Shown here in pieces: positions 1 through 8,493 of a DNA stretch of 64,000 bases. The notes under the pieces were generated by a model that saw only the letters and a program-made list of their open reading frames with translations, was not told the origin of the DNA and did not search any database. Position 1 is the stretch's first letter; each line of letters begins with the position of its first letter. Both the position numbers and the translations under genes were made by a program. The stretch comes from a virus. The stretch is taken from IMG/VR virus record IMGVR_UViG_3300023213_000238; one strand, given 5' to 3'.

Positions 1-1347
1 GATGAACCAGCTCGAGGCCTTCAGGTGATCTCCGGCATCTGACAGGGCTCTTGCACCGTAGAACCAGGCATCAGGTAGATCGGACCGCCAGTAGATCGCG
101 CTCTGATAGGCCTCCATCGCATCGCTCAAGAATCCGTTCTCAGCTGCATATTCGCCGGCTTTCAGAAGAGCGCGGTAGCGATCGATCGGTACCGTGGCGG
201 CCTCGTACATGGCCCGGATGAATTCTTCGCGTCGAGCCGGATTGATGAGTCGGCTGTAGCTCTCGAGGTAAAAGCACCCGCGGCTATTGCGCTCGCCGGC
301 CTCGTACTTCTTCAGGAGCACATCCCAGTGCCGTTGGATAGCGAAGCTCGCACCAGCCGCATTCCAGCGACGATGATGAACGAAGACCAGCGAGGACAAG
401 TAGGCCTGACGCACCGGATGCTTCGGATCTTTCGGAACGCAAACTTCGTGCGCAGCCTCGGCCCAGTGCCAGCTTTGATCGAAATTGCGAATGAAGCGCT
501 CGCGATCTTGCCATTCGATCGCATTGCCCTCGACATCTGGATGGTAGAGGTAGGGGCACCAGATCGCTTCGATCTCTGGATGTTCCTTTTCGAACCATCG
601 AAGCAAATCCTCGAGCTTCTTGGGCTCCGTATCGATCGAATGCTTACCGTCGACGGGCGGTCCGGGCTTATTGCGTTCGTTTTTCACTACGATGCGTTCG
701 GCTTCCTTCGGATCCGGAAGGATATCATCTGCGTCGATCCAGGCCCGCCAGGTGCCGTGTGCTAGCTCGAAAGAACGCTGCCTTGCTGTTGCCGCATCAT
801 CGAACCAGACCATCTCCTCGTTCCAGTCACCGCGAGGGCCGCGGTAGACCTCGAAGACGTCCGCATAGATCTCTGCAATCCGGACCGTCGAATCTCCGTA
901 AGATATGCCCGTCAGGATAATCGGAGGGATGTCGAGCGCCTTCAGTACACGATCTCTCGTTTCGTCCCAAAGCGAATGCGGAATTTTGCTACCATCGTGA
1001 TTACGAACACGCAGTCGCACGGCCGGAACGACAATATCTTTGAATTCGTCAGCCGGATCCTCCTGCCACGTAAGCGTGGCCCATTCTTCAATGAAGAGCA
1101 ATTTCAACTGAACGCTCTCGAGCCGTGTCGCGACCTCTTCGTCAGAAATTTTCTCTGACCAAGCGTCCTTGGCAATTTCAATGTCGAGCCCAGAATCGTC
1201 GCTCGAGCATGTATCGACGCACACGATCTCTGCATCGGGCGCGCGATCGCGAATCGACTTCAGCGTGTACTCGAGCGTCGAGGCGCAGTTTCGGATGATG
1301 AGGCAGAAGGACAGATAGGGAGGTTGATCGGGAGAGAGCCGTTTCAT
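1..1347 (-). CDS. GT2 family glycosyltransferase with C-terminal TPR-like helices; runs off the left window edge
   Basis: Translated by hand, absent from ORF track because no stop is in the window: MKRLSPDQPPYLSFCLIIRN..VCVDTCSSD..FDDAATARQRSFELAHGTWRAWIDADD (GT-A fold, DxD motif), then helical repeats. Confidence 0.85.
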   Translation of the reverse strand, partial: MKRLSPDQPPYLSFCLIIRNCASTLEYTLKSIRDRAPDAEIVCVDTCSSDDSGLDIEIAKDAWSEKISDEEVATRLESVQLKLLFIEEWATLTWQEDPADEFKDIVVPAVRLRVRNHDGSKIPHSLWDETRDRVLKALDIPPIILTGISYGDSTVRIAEIYADVFEVYRGPRGDWNEEMVWFDDAATARQRSFELAHGTWRAWIDADDILPDPKEAERIVVKNERNKPGPPVDGKHSIDTEPKKLEDLLRWFEKEHPEIEAIWCPYLYHPDVEGNAIEWQDRERFIRNFDQSWHWAEAAHEVCVPKDPKHPVRQAYLSSLVFVHHRRWNAAGASFAIQRHWDVLLKKYEAGERNSRGCFYLESYSRLINPARREEFIRAMYEAATVPIDRYRALLKAGEYAAENGFLSDAMEAYQSAIYWRSDLPDAWFYGARALSDAGDHLKASSWFI

Positions 1348-1476
1348 TGAACGGGACCCTATCGGGGCCAGCCGCTCAAGTCAAAAAATCAACCGCGCTT
1401 GTGAACAAGAGCAAGAACCGTCAGAAGACGGATCAGCTCATCGCGTTGGCGCTCCCCCTCCCTCATTGGAGCGCGC

Positions 1477-1782
1477 TTACTGGATGAGCGAGTGGACGAA
1501 CACCACGTAGAGGTCGAACGCCGTGACCGGCGAAGAACCGGATCCGATGGTCGGCATCTGCACGCCGACGGTCGCCAAAGAGCCGTTGGCGCCCTCTGCG
1601 AACAGCTGCGTCGCATTGGATTGCCGCTCCATCGATCGCAGCTGAGGTAGAACCAGCTGCGGCGCGAGACCGGCAGAGCCCGGAACCGCAACGGAGTGAG
1701 GAAACGTGGTGGTCAGAGGAGCCGCGTTACCAGCGAAGGTCGAGAGCCGGTTGACGTTCCAGAAGGTTCCAAGCAAAGCCAT
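1477..1782 (-). CDS. hypothetical small beta-rich protein
   Basis: 101-aa ORF with AAGGAG SD upstream of the ATG. Confidence 0.6.
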   Translation of the reverse strand: MALLGTFWNVNRLSTFAGNAAPLTTTFPHSVAVPGSAGLAPQLVLPQLRSMERQSNATQLFAEGANGSLATVGVQMPTIGSGSSPVTAFDLYVVFVHSLIQ

Positions 1783-1847
1783 GATGTGAACTCCTTAAAA
1801 GCAAAAGCCTTTGCTTGGAGGGTAACGAGCCGGCGACATGGCGGAAA

Positions 1848-1883
1848 AGTTGACTTGAGTTTTCTGACGCAATAACGTCAACT
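1848..1883 (+). promoter_or_regulatory. sigma70-like promoter with overlapping palindromic operator
   Basis: TTGACT(1850-1855)-17nt-TAACGT(1873-1878); inverted repeats AGTTGAC..GTCAACT and TGACG-N6-CGTCA (1865-1880); directly upstream of an RHH gene. Confidence 0.55.
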
Positions 1884-1897
1884 CCGCCGGGGAGCCT

Positions 1898-2122
1898 ATG
1901 ATCAAAGAAAAGCCCAGTAAGAACGGGAAAATCCGAGTAACGATCCGGCTAGCGAAGGAGATCTACCGGGCGATCCTTCGCGAAGCGGTCGAGCGCGAGC
2001 TGTCAGTAAGCGACCTCGTCGTGGAGGCACTCCACACTCGAGCTATTTGGATCGAGAAGCCCGCGCCGAAGCCGGCGACAGCACCTATTGGTGCGACCGT
2101 GTCCGGCCAGCCGAGTCGATGA
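1898..2122 (+). CDS. ribbon-helix-helix (CopG/Arc-like) DNA-binding protein
   Basis: IRVTIRLAKEIYRAILREAVERELSVSDLVVEAL fits the beta-strand plus two helices RHH pattern; GGGGAG SD. Confidence 0.65.
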   Translation: MIKEKPSKNGKIRVTIRLAKEIYRAILREAVERELSVSDLVVEALHTRAIWIEKPAPKPATAPIGATVSGQPSR

Positions 2123-2336
2123 TATCGAAGGTCCAACCGCTCGGCAAAGTGACCGAGACCGCCTCGGCCTCGCTGCCGACCTTAAGCCCGTAGAACCGCA
2201 GAACGCGCTTGGAGACCAACCGCTCCTGGAGCTTGTATGGGAGCAACTGGAGGAGGCGATCCCATCCGGTGAAACCGGTGATCTTGACCCCACGATTCAG
2301 CTTGGTGGCAAGCGCCTCCGCTGGGAGACCGTCCAT
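2085..2336 (-). CDS. hypothetical protein
   Basis: 83-aa ORF at the end of the minus-strand operon; no recognised motif. Confidence 0.35.
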   Translation of the reverse strand: MDGLPAEALATKLNRGVKITGFTGWDRLLQLLPYKLQERLVSKRVLRFYGLKVGSEAEAVSVTLPSGWTFDIIDSAGRTRSHQ

Positions 2337-2391
2337 AGGCGGAACCTATCTTAGTTCGTCCGCTTCTGCAAATGATCCGCTAGCAGCTCTT

Positions 2392-2541
2392 TCAGTCCTT
2401 GGGAAATTTTTTGCTCGGGTGGTTATCGTCGAAGTCGCTACCGTAGATCCACATCGCGATGAAGGCGCCGCAGAGTACGGTGGCGATACCCGCGAAGACG
2501 AGTGCGGTACCGTTGAAGCTTCTGAGCCACTCGCCGATCAC
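2392..2541 (-). CDS. small membrane protein (49 aa)
   Basis: GTG start overlaps upstream TGA; MIGEWLRSFNGTALVFAGIATVLCGAFIAMWIYG is one TM helix; below ORF-track cutoff. Confidence 0.5.
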   Translation of the reverse strand: MIGEWLRSFNGTALVFAGIATVLCGAFIAMWIYGSDFDDNHPSKKFPKD

Positions 2542-2804
2542 TTAGTCTCTCGCTTCTTGCCGTTGAAATGCATCTCCGCGGCCTCCGTGAGGACTAGCCT
2601 GAACTTGCCACGCAGCTTCTTCTTGACGTTGTTCTTGTCGACTTGCGTGACGGTGCCACGCTCAGTATCGACAGCGCAGCAATCTACCTTCTCACCGTAA
2701 TCGTCGACGACCTCGACGAAAGACCCAGGAACCAGGCGGTGGCATGATGCGACGCGATCGAACGCGACAACAGCTGAAGCATTTTGAAGACTGAACTCGC
2801 TCAT
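2538..2804 (-). CDS. hypothetical protein
   Basis: Start moved to ATG 2804 (ATGA overlap with upstream stop). Confidence 0.5.
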   Translation of the reverse strand: MSEFSLQNASAVVAFDRVASCHRLVPGSFVEVVDDYGEKVDCCAVDTERGTVTQVDKNNVKKKLRGKFRLVLTEAAEMHFNGKKRETK

Positions 2805-3136
2805 GGCCCCGGCAGCATAGCGAGAGAGCACTCGTACGGCTCAAGCTCGGCGTCGCGGAAGAGTTCACCGCACCAAAAGATGCAGTTTTTGCGATCGTCC
2901 CGAGTCATGTACTCATGGTGACAGATCGTGAGACACGCGAGGCTACATTCAACGGAAAGGCCCTCGGTCAGCTCGAGCCGCTCGGAGGACTGTGCGAGTT
3001 TCGTTTTTTGTTCGGCAGCCTCGGCGCCGGCTCGCGAGCAGCCTGTCAAGAGTAGCCACGCCACGAACAGTCCCAGCGCTATGATGAAGAGCCAGGCACC
3101 GAGATCCTTTTTTGGTTGCTGATCAGCCGCGTTCAT
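2801..3136 (-). CDS. putative lipoprotein, Cys-rich
   Basis: Hydrophobic stretch ending in lipobox LLLTG-C; ATGA overlap at 3133-3136. Confidence 0.6.
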   Translation of the reverse strand: MNAADQQPKKDLGAWLFIIALGLFVAWLLLTGCSRAGAEAAEQKTKLAQSSERLELTEGLSVECSLACLTICHHEYMTRDDRKNCIFWCGELFRDAELEPYECSLAMLPGP

Positions 3137-3603
3137 CGACGTCTCCCGAAAAGTAGATATGCTACCACGCCGGCAGCCAGTGCAACGGCGATCGAGATTC
3201 CAGCCGGAGCGACCCATTTGCGCCAGCCAGGGATCTCCACGTGGCGCTTATCCTTCGGCACGTTCCAGTCGCCGCCCCAGGTGAAGCCGGCTGCCCTAGC
3301 CCAGTCGCCGAGCACATCCCAGGCCGGATCACTATCCGACGCAACATTGCCGGCCGCGTCGAGAATGTCGAAATCAATCGCCGAGGAGAGCGGTGCAGTC
3401 GTATGTGCAGATGTCTGAACACTGGTGACGATCGGACCGGGGCGCGTTCGTCCAGAAGCGAAGAGCCAGAGCTGTCGAGCCTGATCTCGAGCGACCTCTG
3501 CGATACGGAAGTTGTACGGGAAACGGGCTGCCAGATCTCGAGCGAAGCTTGCTAGCTCGGGCCGAGCCTGCGAGAGAAGCTCTGCGCCGGAAGTGAGACC
3601 CAT
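3133..3603 (-). CDS. M15 family (L-Ala-D-Glu type) peptidoglycan peptidase with C-terminal TM anchor
   Basis: RDQARQ..GRTRPGPIVT..SAH..AIDF..WGGDW..DKRHVE motifs; C-terminal hydrophobic helix followed by RRR. Confidence 0.85.
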   Translation of the reverse strand: MGLTSGAELLSQARPELASFARDLAARFPYNFRIAEVARDQARQLWLFASGRTRPGPIVTSVQTSAHTTAPLSSAIDFDILDAAGNVASDSDPAWDVLGDWARAAGFTWGGDWNVPKDKRHVEIPGWRKWVAPAGISIAVALAAGVVAYLLFGRRR

Positions 3604-3604
3604 C

Positions 3605-4198
3605 TCATGCCGCCCCACCCTGCGCGATCGACTGAACTCGCACGAGGACTGACTTGATATTCGAGAAATAGGTATCGGCCGGCTGGGTGTAGTAACCGCC
3701 CTGGCGTAGCGGATAGACGAATGTCGGATCTCCCTGCGCGAGTAGTGAATAGGCAGATCCGAAGCGAGGTTGCTGGATGAACTTCAGATAGTCCGCCACG
3801 CTATCCTCGAGATTGTAGTAGGCACGGAAACGCTGGGTGATCGGCCGGCAGTTGCCCGCGGCATCGCACTCCGTGTCTCCACCTGTAACGGTCGGCCCCG
3901 AATCATTGGCGCCTCTCGTGATGTTGAATGCGTTGTTCCCTTGCCGGTACGCGGTCGCATTGCCCCAGCCAGACTCATAGGCGCCATGTGCAACAAGGAG
4001 CAGTTCGCCAGGGCCAGTGAAGCCGAGATTCCTGACAGCATTGCGCATCCTCGCGACAAAGTCTGCTCTCGAGCCTGGAGTATTACTGCTCACATCCTGC
4101 TTGGGCAGACCGCCGCCGTTTCCGCCGGCAAATGCCTTCGAGGCGAGGAAAAAGAATGCGAGACCTGCGAGGATCGGAATGAGGGGGCTCACGTCCAC
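3605..4198 (-). CDS. GH73 glucosaminidase/muramidase (FlgJ-like) with N-terminal TM anchor
   Basis: AHGAYESGWG, NNAFNI, FRAY..LEDSVADY, GGYYT motifs. Confidence 0.85.
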   Translation of the reverse strand: MDVSPLIPILAGLAFFFLASKAFAGGNGGGLPKQDVSSNTPGSRADFVARMRNAVRNLGFTGPGELLLVAHGAYESGWGNATAYRQGNNAFNITRGANDSGPTVTGGDTECDAAGNCRPITQRFRAYYNLEDSVADYLKFIQQPRFGSAYSLLAQGDPTFVYPLRQGGYYTQPADTYFSNIKSVLVRVQSIAQGGAA

Positions 4199-5277
4199 CG
4201 TCTAATCTTGCGACCGCGCCGAATTGCTTGAGTGAGCGCGTAGTCAGCATCGTCGTAATCAGCAAAGGCACCGAAAACTTTCGCCTGTGCTTCCCAGTCC
4301 GCCACCTCTTGTGCGGTCGCTCCTCGCCGCAGCAATTCATCGTGCAGCTGTGGAATAATTTTCGGCCAATCGGTGCCGATAATTTGAGGACCGTTTTGGA
4401 TCACCAATCGAGCAAGACGTCTCACTTCACTCGGATCCAGCGTCGCGATGGGAGTTGCTGCCGTCACTGGAGCGCCGGTGCCGTCTGCCTGTTTGATACA
4501 CGCTCCTGTACCTTGTTGGCCCGCGCCCCACGGCGCATCTGGATCACGCACCACTCGAATTGAACTGCTGAGAATATCTGGAAGGGTATAGCCTCGATTG
4601 CATGGCGGTGGCGTACTATCCCAGTCAGCCTCGGTGGCTGCGAGCACGTCTGGCGGATAGTGATTGTCCTTCGTCATTAGATCGGTCTTCGGGATCTTCT
4701 TCCAGACGCCACCGCCAAAGATTCCGATCACTGGTGTGCCGACCCAGATGTAGGTCGTGAAATTGGTGAGAGCATCTTTGAGAATAACTTTGTCGTGTGG
4801 ATTGAGACCTCGCCAGATATTGCGCAGTTCTTCATCTGTACTTCGTTTTGCCTTTGTAATTAGATCGGTGATGACGAAACCAGCGACGACGACTGCACCA
4901 GCAATAGCAAGCGGTACCACAGCGCTACCGACCAACGGCGCGAGCGCGCTGATGCCTTTACCGGCTCCGAGAGCCGCAGTGCCGACCTTGAGCGCATCGG
5001 TGGCGAGATTTGATTTTGATGTAGACGGGGTTGCGGCAGGCTGCGCAGCATTCGCGGCTGGTTGTACCGCGCCCTGTTTAGCCTGCGCCTGCTGCTGTGC
5101 TGGCCCGGCACCAGGCTTTATTTTACCGAGCAGAAAGCCGACGACGCCGCCCACCACGCCGCCGAGAGGACCGGCGGCCAGCGCTCCAATACCTCCGCCG
5201 GCAAGCGCAGTTACGAGACCGCTCTTCGGCTTTTCTGCCGGCGCGGCTGCGGCTGCTGAGAAATCATTGAAGATCAT
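4189..5277 (-). CDS. putative virion membrane protein with glycine-zipper segments
   Basis: MIFNDFSA leader; LAGGGIGALAAGPLGGVVGGVVGFLLG plus a second hydrophobic segment. Confidence 0.6.
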   Translation of the reverse strand: MIFNDFSAAAAAPAEKPKSGLVTALAGGGIGALAAGPLGGVVGGVVGFLLGKIKPGAGPAQQQAQAKQGAVQPAANAAQPAATPSTSKSNLATDALKVGTAALGAGKGISALAPLVGSAVVPLAIAGAVVVAGFVITDLITKAKRSTDEELRNIWRGLNPHDKVILKDALTNFTTYIWVGTPVIGIFGGGVWKKIPKTDLMTKDNHYPPDVLAATEADWDSTPPPCNRGYTLPDILSSSIRVVRDPDAPWGAGQQGTGACIKQADGTGAPVTAATPIATLDPSEVRRLARLVIQNGPQIIGTDWPKIIPQLHDELLRRGATAQEVADWEAQAKVFGAFADYDDADYALTQAIRRGRKIRRWT

Positions 5278-5642
5278 CGCTTCTCTCCCAACGTCACACC
5301 CAGATTATGCAAAGCATGGGCTAGAAATGCTCCGAAGAAGCCATATTGCCGGTAGGCGGCCTCGTAGAGCAATCCACCCGTAGTCGCATCCAGGACCCTA
5401 AAGGAATTGAAGCTACGAGGCAGGCCTTTGACTCTGTGTGCTAGAGCAAATGGCACCGCGGTTGAACCGATCGGCACGTCTCCGGCCGAAAGGAACGGAA
5501 GCACGCGGTAACGAAATTCCTCTTCGAGCGGCGCCGACAAGATCTCACGCGTGAAGTTCGGTTTGCTGGCCGGCATCCCGAGACGTTTCGCTGCAAGCGC
5601 CTTGAAATAGCCAAAAGCTGCGCTGGCAAGGATCGGATTCAC
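5274..5642 (-). CDS. minimal CPBP (CAAX protease type II/Abi) family intramembrane metalloprotease
   Basis: Motifs APLEEEFRYR, FALAH, AHALHN in canonical order within 122 aa. Confidence 0.75.
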   Translation of the reverse strand: MNPILASAAFGYFKALAAKRLGMPASKPNFTREILSAPLEEEFRYRVLPFLSAGDVPIGSTAVPFALAHRVKGLPRSFNSFRVLDATTGGLLYEAAYRQYGFFGAFLAHALHNLGVTLGEKR

Positions 5643-6223
5643 TTGCCGGCCTTCTTTTTCCCGAGAAAGTATCCGGCCGCTCCGCCAGCGGCGGCCCCGA
5701 CCGGACCTCCGACCAAAAAACCAGTACCGGCACCGATCAACGCCGGCCAGAGTGAACCCTTCGCAGGAACTTTTGGCTGAACCTTCGGCTGATCGATGAT
5801 GGCAGGAGGCGGAGCTGAAATAGGGACGGGAGCACTCATTTCTGGCGCGGATTCGACTTCTTCTCCGCCGCCTTCGCTAGCGGAGGCGAGCAACTCCGTA
5901 GAAACCCCCTGTGACTCTTGTGTAGCCGGCTGCATAACGACCGGCTGTTCGATAGGAGCGGCAGCGGCTGCTTCTTTAGCCAATTTCGTGCTGTAGGCTT
6001 CCTGAATCATCTGAACCGGCGCCATGACCGGTGCTGACGGCGACGGCCTAGCAGGCTGCGGAAGAACAAACGCGCGACCGGGCGGAGGCGTCGCCAGCCC
6101 CGACGGCGGTCTCACGACCAGCGCGGGGAGAGGCGGCAACCACCAGGCAGTTACCGGAGACGCGGCTCTGATACGTGGTCGCGGCACTGGAAAGCCGATA
6201 GCTGAGTAGTCGCTCAAGATCAT
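5639..6223 (-). CDS. Pro/Ala-rich protein with C-terminal glycine-zipper TM
   Basis: Start moved to MILSDYSA (ATGA overlap at 6220-6223); LIGAGTGFLVGGPVGAAAGGAAGYFLGKKK. Confidence 0.6.
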   Translation of the reverse strand: MILSDYSAIGFPVPRPRIRAASPVTAWWLPPLPALVVRPPSGLATPPPGRAFVLPQPARPSPSAPVMAPVQMIQEAYSTKLAKEAAAAAPIEQPVVMQPATQESQGVSTELLASASEGGGEEVESAPEMSAPVPISAPPPAIIDQPKVQPKVPAKGSLWPALIGAGTGFLVGGPVGAAAGGAAGYFLGKKKAGK

Positions 6224-6420
6224 GGTGAAGGAATCTGTGGCGGCGATTTGAAAAAGCAATTTGCGATGACAGCACCGGCAGCGGCACCAAGTATGCCGCG
6301 GAACAAGATCAATCCGACAACGGCTCCGGCGATAGCAGGGTTTCGCTTTACCGTCTCTACGATGCTAGACGGCTCTACCGCGCCGAACGTTCCACAGGAG
6401 TAGCAGTCTCTGATCACCAT
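6220..6420 (-). CDS. small membrane protein
   Basis: AIAGAVVGLILFRGILGAAAGAVIA hairpin-like TM; coupled to neighbours. Confidence 0.55.
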   Translation of the reverse strand: MVIRDCYSCGTFGAVEPSSIVETVKRNPAIAGAVVGLILFRGILGAAAGAVIANCFFKSPPQIPSP

Positions 6421-6421
6421 C

Positions 6422-6889
6422 TTATCTCCTGAAAGCCGAGATTACGTACAGCAGGCCAAGCACTCCTGCGATGATCGCGAAACTAGGTGCCGCGCCAGCA
6501 GCCTTCTCTGCCACAGTCGCAACAGTTACAGCCGATGATTTGAGAGCGCCCGAAACCGCCGTCCATTGAGATCCCTCGACTGAAATCCCAAGTTGGTACT
6601 GCATATCCCTGCGCAACTCATCCCCGTAGTCCACCCAGTCCTGCCATGAGTAGGGAACACCGCTAGCCTTTTGGCCCTGTTCTGCCTGTGACCGAATCGC
6701 TGTTGCCCAGTTGTCGATGCGATCACCGAGGTCTTTGTAGGCTTTTCGCACTGCGGCGGCTTGCGCAGTCAGATCGAATGGGCCGAGCGTCGCGAGACCT
6801 CGAGCCCATGCAAGGCGCAGCTGTTGAATCAGATCGTCGGCTTGCGCCGCGATCGAACCGCCAGTCTGGCCATAGTGAGAAAAGATCAT
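6422..6889 (-). CDS. putative virion membrane protein, helical, C-terminal TM
   Basis: MIFSHYGQ leader; FAIIAGVLGLLYVISAFRR tail. Confidence 0.6.
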   Translation of the reverse strand: MIFSHYGQTGGSIAAQADDLIQQLRLAWARGLATLGPFDLTAQAAAVRKAYKDLGDRIDNWATAIRSQAEQGQKASGVPYSWQDWVDYGDELRRDMQYQLGISVEGSQWTAVSGALKSSAVTVATVAEKAAGAAPSFAIIAGVLGLLYVISAFRR

Positions 6890-6896
6890 TGGTCCT

Positions 6897-7502
6897 CTAC
6901 ATCGCCGAGGTCATCAGCTGTTCCATCGACGTTCCGCCTCCGCCGCCGCCACCCACACCTATCGGAGCTTCAGGCATCATCATCACAGGAGTTGCTACCA
7001 ACGGAGCCTCGGGCGTTGCTCCGTGCGGGCGGCCTCGACCAATCAAACCGCCGGCCAGAGCACCGACCAACGCGCCGATCGGACCTCCGAAAAGGAACCC
7101 GACGCCTGCACCACCTGCTGCGCCTCCAACGGCACCGGCAGCCGGACGCGGTCGCGGAGCTGAAATGCCGGGCCGACGGCCAATCGGTGAAAACGGCATG
7201 ATTGGCAAAATCGACCGTTCTGCGTGAACAACCCCAGCAGGCGACGCCATCCCCACCATCGCCTTTGCTAGAATCGCTTCTTTTTTCTTCTCCTCGACAT
7301 GAACGGCGCTCAAACGCTTTTCCGCGTAGCTCGCGACCTCTTTGATAGCCTGGCTTCGAGCGTCGCCTGGAGGAGCCCTCTCGAACGATTTTACGATCCG
7401 ATCAAGACTCGATTGATCCCCCGAGGTGTTGTAAGCATCAGCTTCGTGAATTCTCGACGCAGGTTTACTTAGTGCAGTGATTTGCCCGTAATAAGCGATC
7501 AT
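6897..7502 (-). CDS. putative virion membrane protein with glycine zipper
   Basis: MIAYYGQ leader; GGAAGGAGVGFLFGGPIGALVGALAGGLIG. Confidence 0.6.
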   Translation of the reverse strand: MIAYYGQITALSKPASRIHEADAYNTSGDQSSLDRIVKSFERAPPGDARSQAIKEVASYAEKRLSAVHVEEKKKEAILAKAMVGMASPAGVVHAERSILPIMPFSPIGRRPGISAPRPRPAAGAVGGAAGGAGVGFLFGGPIGALVGALAGGLIGRGRPHGATPEAPLVATPVMMMPEAPIGVGGGGGGGTSMEQLMTSAM

Positions 7503-7681
7503 TTTCTACTCCTCAAATGAAGATCTGCTGTGCAGATCTCTCCGTTCCTCAGTTGTTCTGTTACGCGATTGAGTTGCTGTGGCAGGTGTTCGAGGTGGTT
7601 TTCGATCTGGAGCTTCAGATCCGCCGTGATGATCCGAGGCTTCGTCTTGATGCCGAAATACTTGAGTAGTAGCTGGATCAT
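7499..7681 (-). CDS. small hypothetical protein (lysis cassette candidate)
   Basis: Translationally coupled 60-aa ORF downstream of the SLT gene. Confidence 0.45.
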   Translation of the reverse strand: MIQLLLKYFGIKTKPRIITADLKLQIENHLEHLPQQLNRVTEQLRNGEICTADLHLRSRK

Positions 7682-7902
7682 CGCCTACCTCGCTTCTTTG
7701 CCGCTGATGCGGCAGCTTGAACCATCGCAGTCAACTCCTGCGCGATGTGAACGGATTTGAGCGCGGTCGCAAGATGCGCCTTGTTCGCTCGTTGCAACGC
7801 GACCCACTGCGCTACGTTCGCGAGCACCGACAAGGTCAGAAACGCTGCCCACGGCTTCGCACTCAAATAGTCTCCGAGCTGCTTGACTAGCTCTATGTTC
7901 AT
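7678..7902 (-). CDS. holin-like small membrane protein
   Basis: One TM (WAAFLTLSVLANVAQWVAL), basic C-terminus, immediately after the lytic transglycosylase. Confidence 0.4.
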   Translation of the reverse strand: MNIELVKQLGDYLSAKPWAAFLTLSVLANVAQWVALQRANKAHLATALKSVHIAQELTAMVQAAASAAKKRGRR

Positions 7903-7908
7903 GATGGG

Positions 7909-8490
7909 TCAATCCGCTCCATCCTCAAGAACTGGCACTGCCAGGTATTGGTCACGACGCTTGAGCACATCACTAACGTAATCGTGGCCGGTCGTTACGG
8001 CATCGAGAGCTGCAATCAAGGCCTTCCGCTGCGCCGCGACGTACTCGGCAGGATCAGTCGAGCCAGTGACCGTGCTCGCTATCTGCTTCGCAGCGTGGAG
8101 AGCAGTCTCCATCTTGCAGTTGTAGGCCGCGATCGCGATGAAGAGATTGCCGCCGCACTCGATCAAGTTGGTACGGAGCTTCTCGGCGGCATAGAGCGCC
8201 TGGAATGCAGGCTCGTGGCAGATCAGCGAACCATCAGGGAATTCAGCAGCTAGAAAGCTTGCGTGAAAGCGCTTGTCGATCTGGAAAAGGCCGAATCCGT
8301 TTCCGTTATCGCCCCAGCCGGCCGGATCGTACTGCGGAACGAGGTACTTTCCAGCGCCAGATTCGCGACTCATCAGCGCGGCGACAAGGCGAGGTTCGTG
8401 ACGGTACATTATGCTTGCACCGTAGATCTCCTCAGCGTACTTCGCCAAGTCTTGCGGAAGCTGCGCTCGCAATTTTTCGAGATCGTTCAT
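7909..8490 (-). CDS. lytic transglycosylase (SLT/lysozyme-like), likely endolysin
   Basis: [25 protein letters not shown] motifs. Confidence 0.85.
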   Translation of the reverse strand: MNDLEKLRAQLPQDLAKYAEEIYGASIMYRHEPRLVAALMSRESGAGKYLVPQYDPAGWGDNGNGFGLFQIDKRFHASFLAAEFPDGSLICHEPAFQALYAAEKLRTNLIECGGNLFIAIAAYNCKMETALHAAKQIASTVTGSTDPAEYVAAQRKALIAALDAVTTGHDYVSDVLKRRDQYLAVPVLEDGAD

Positions 8491-8493
8491 ACG

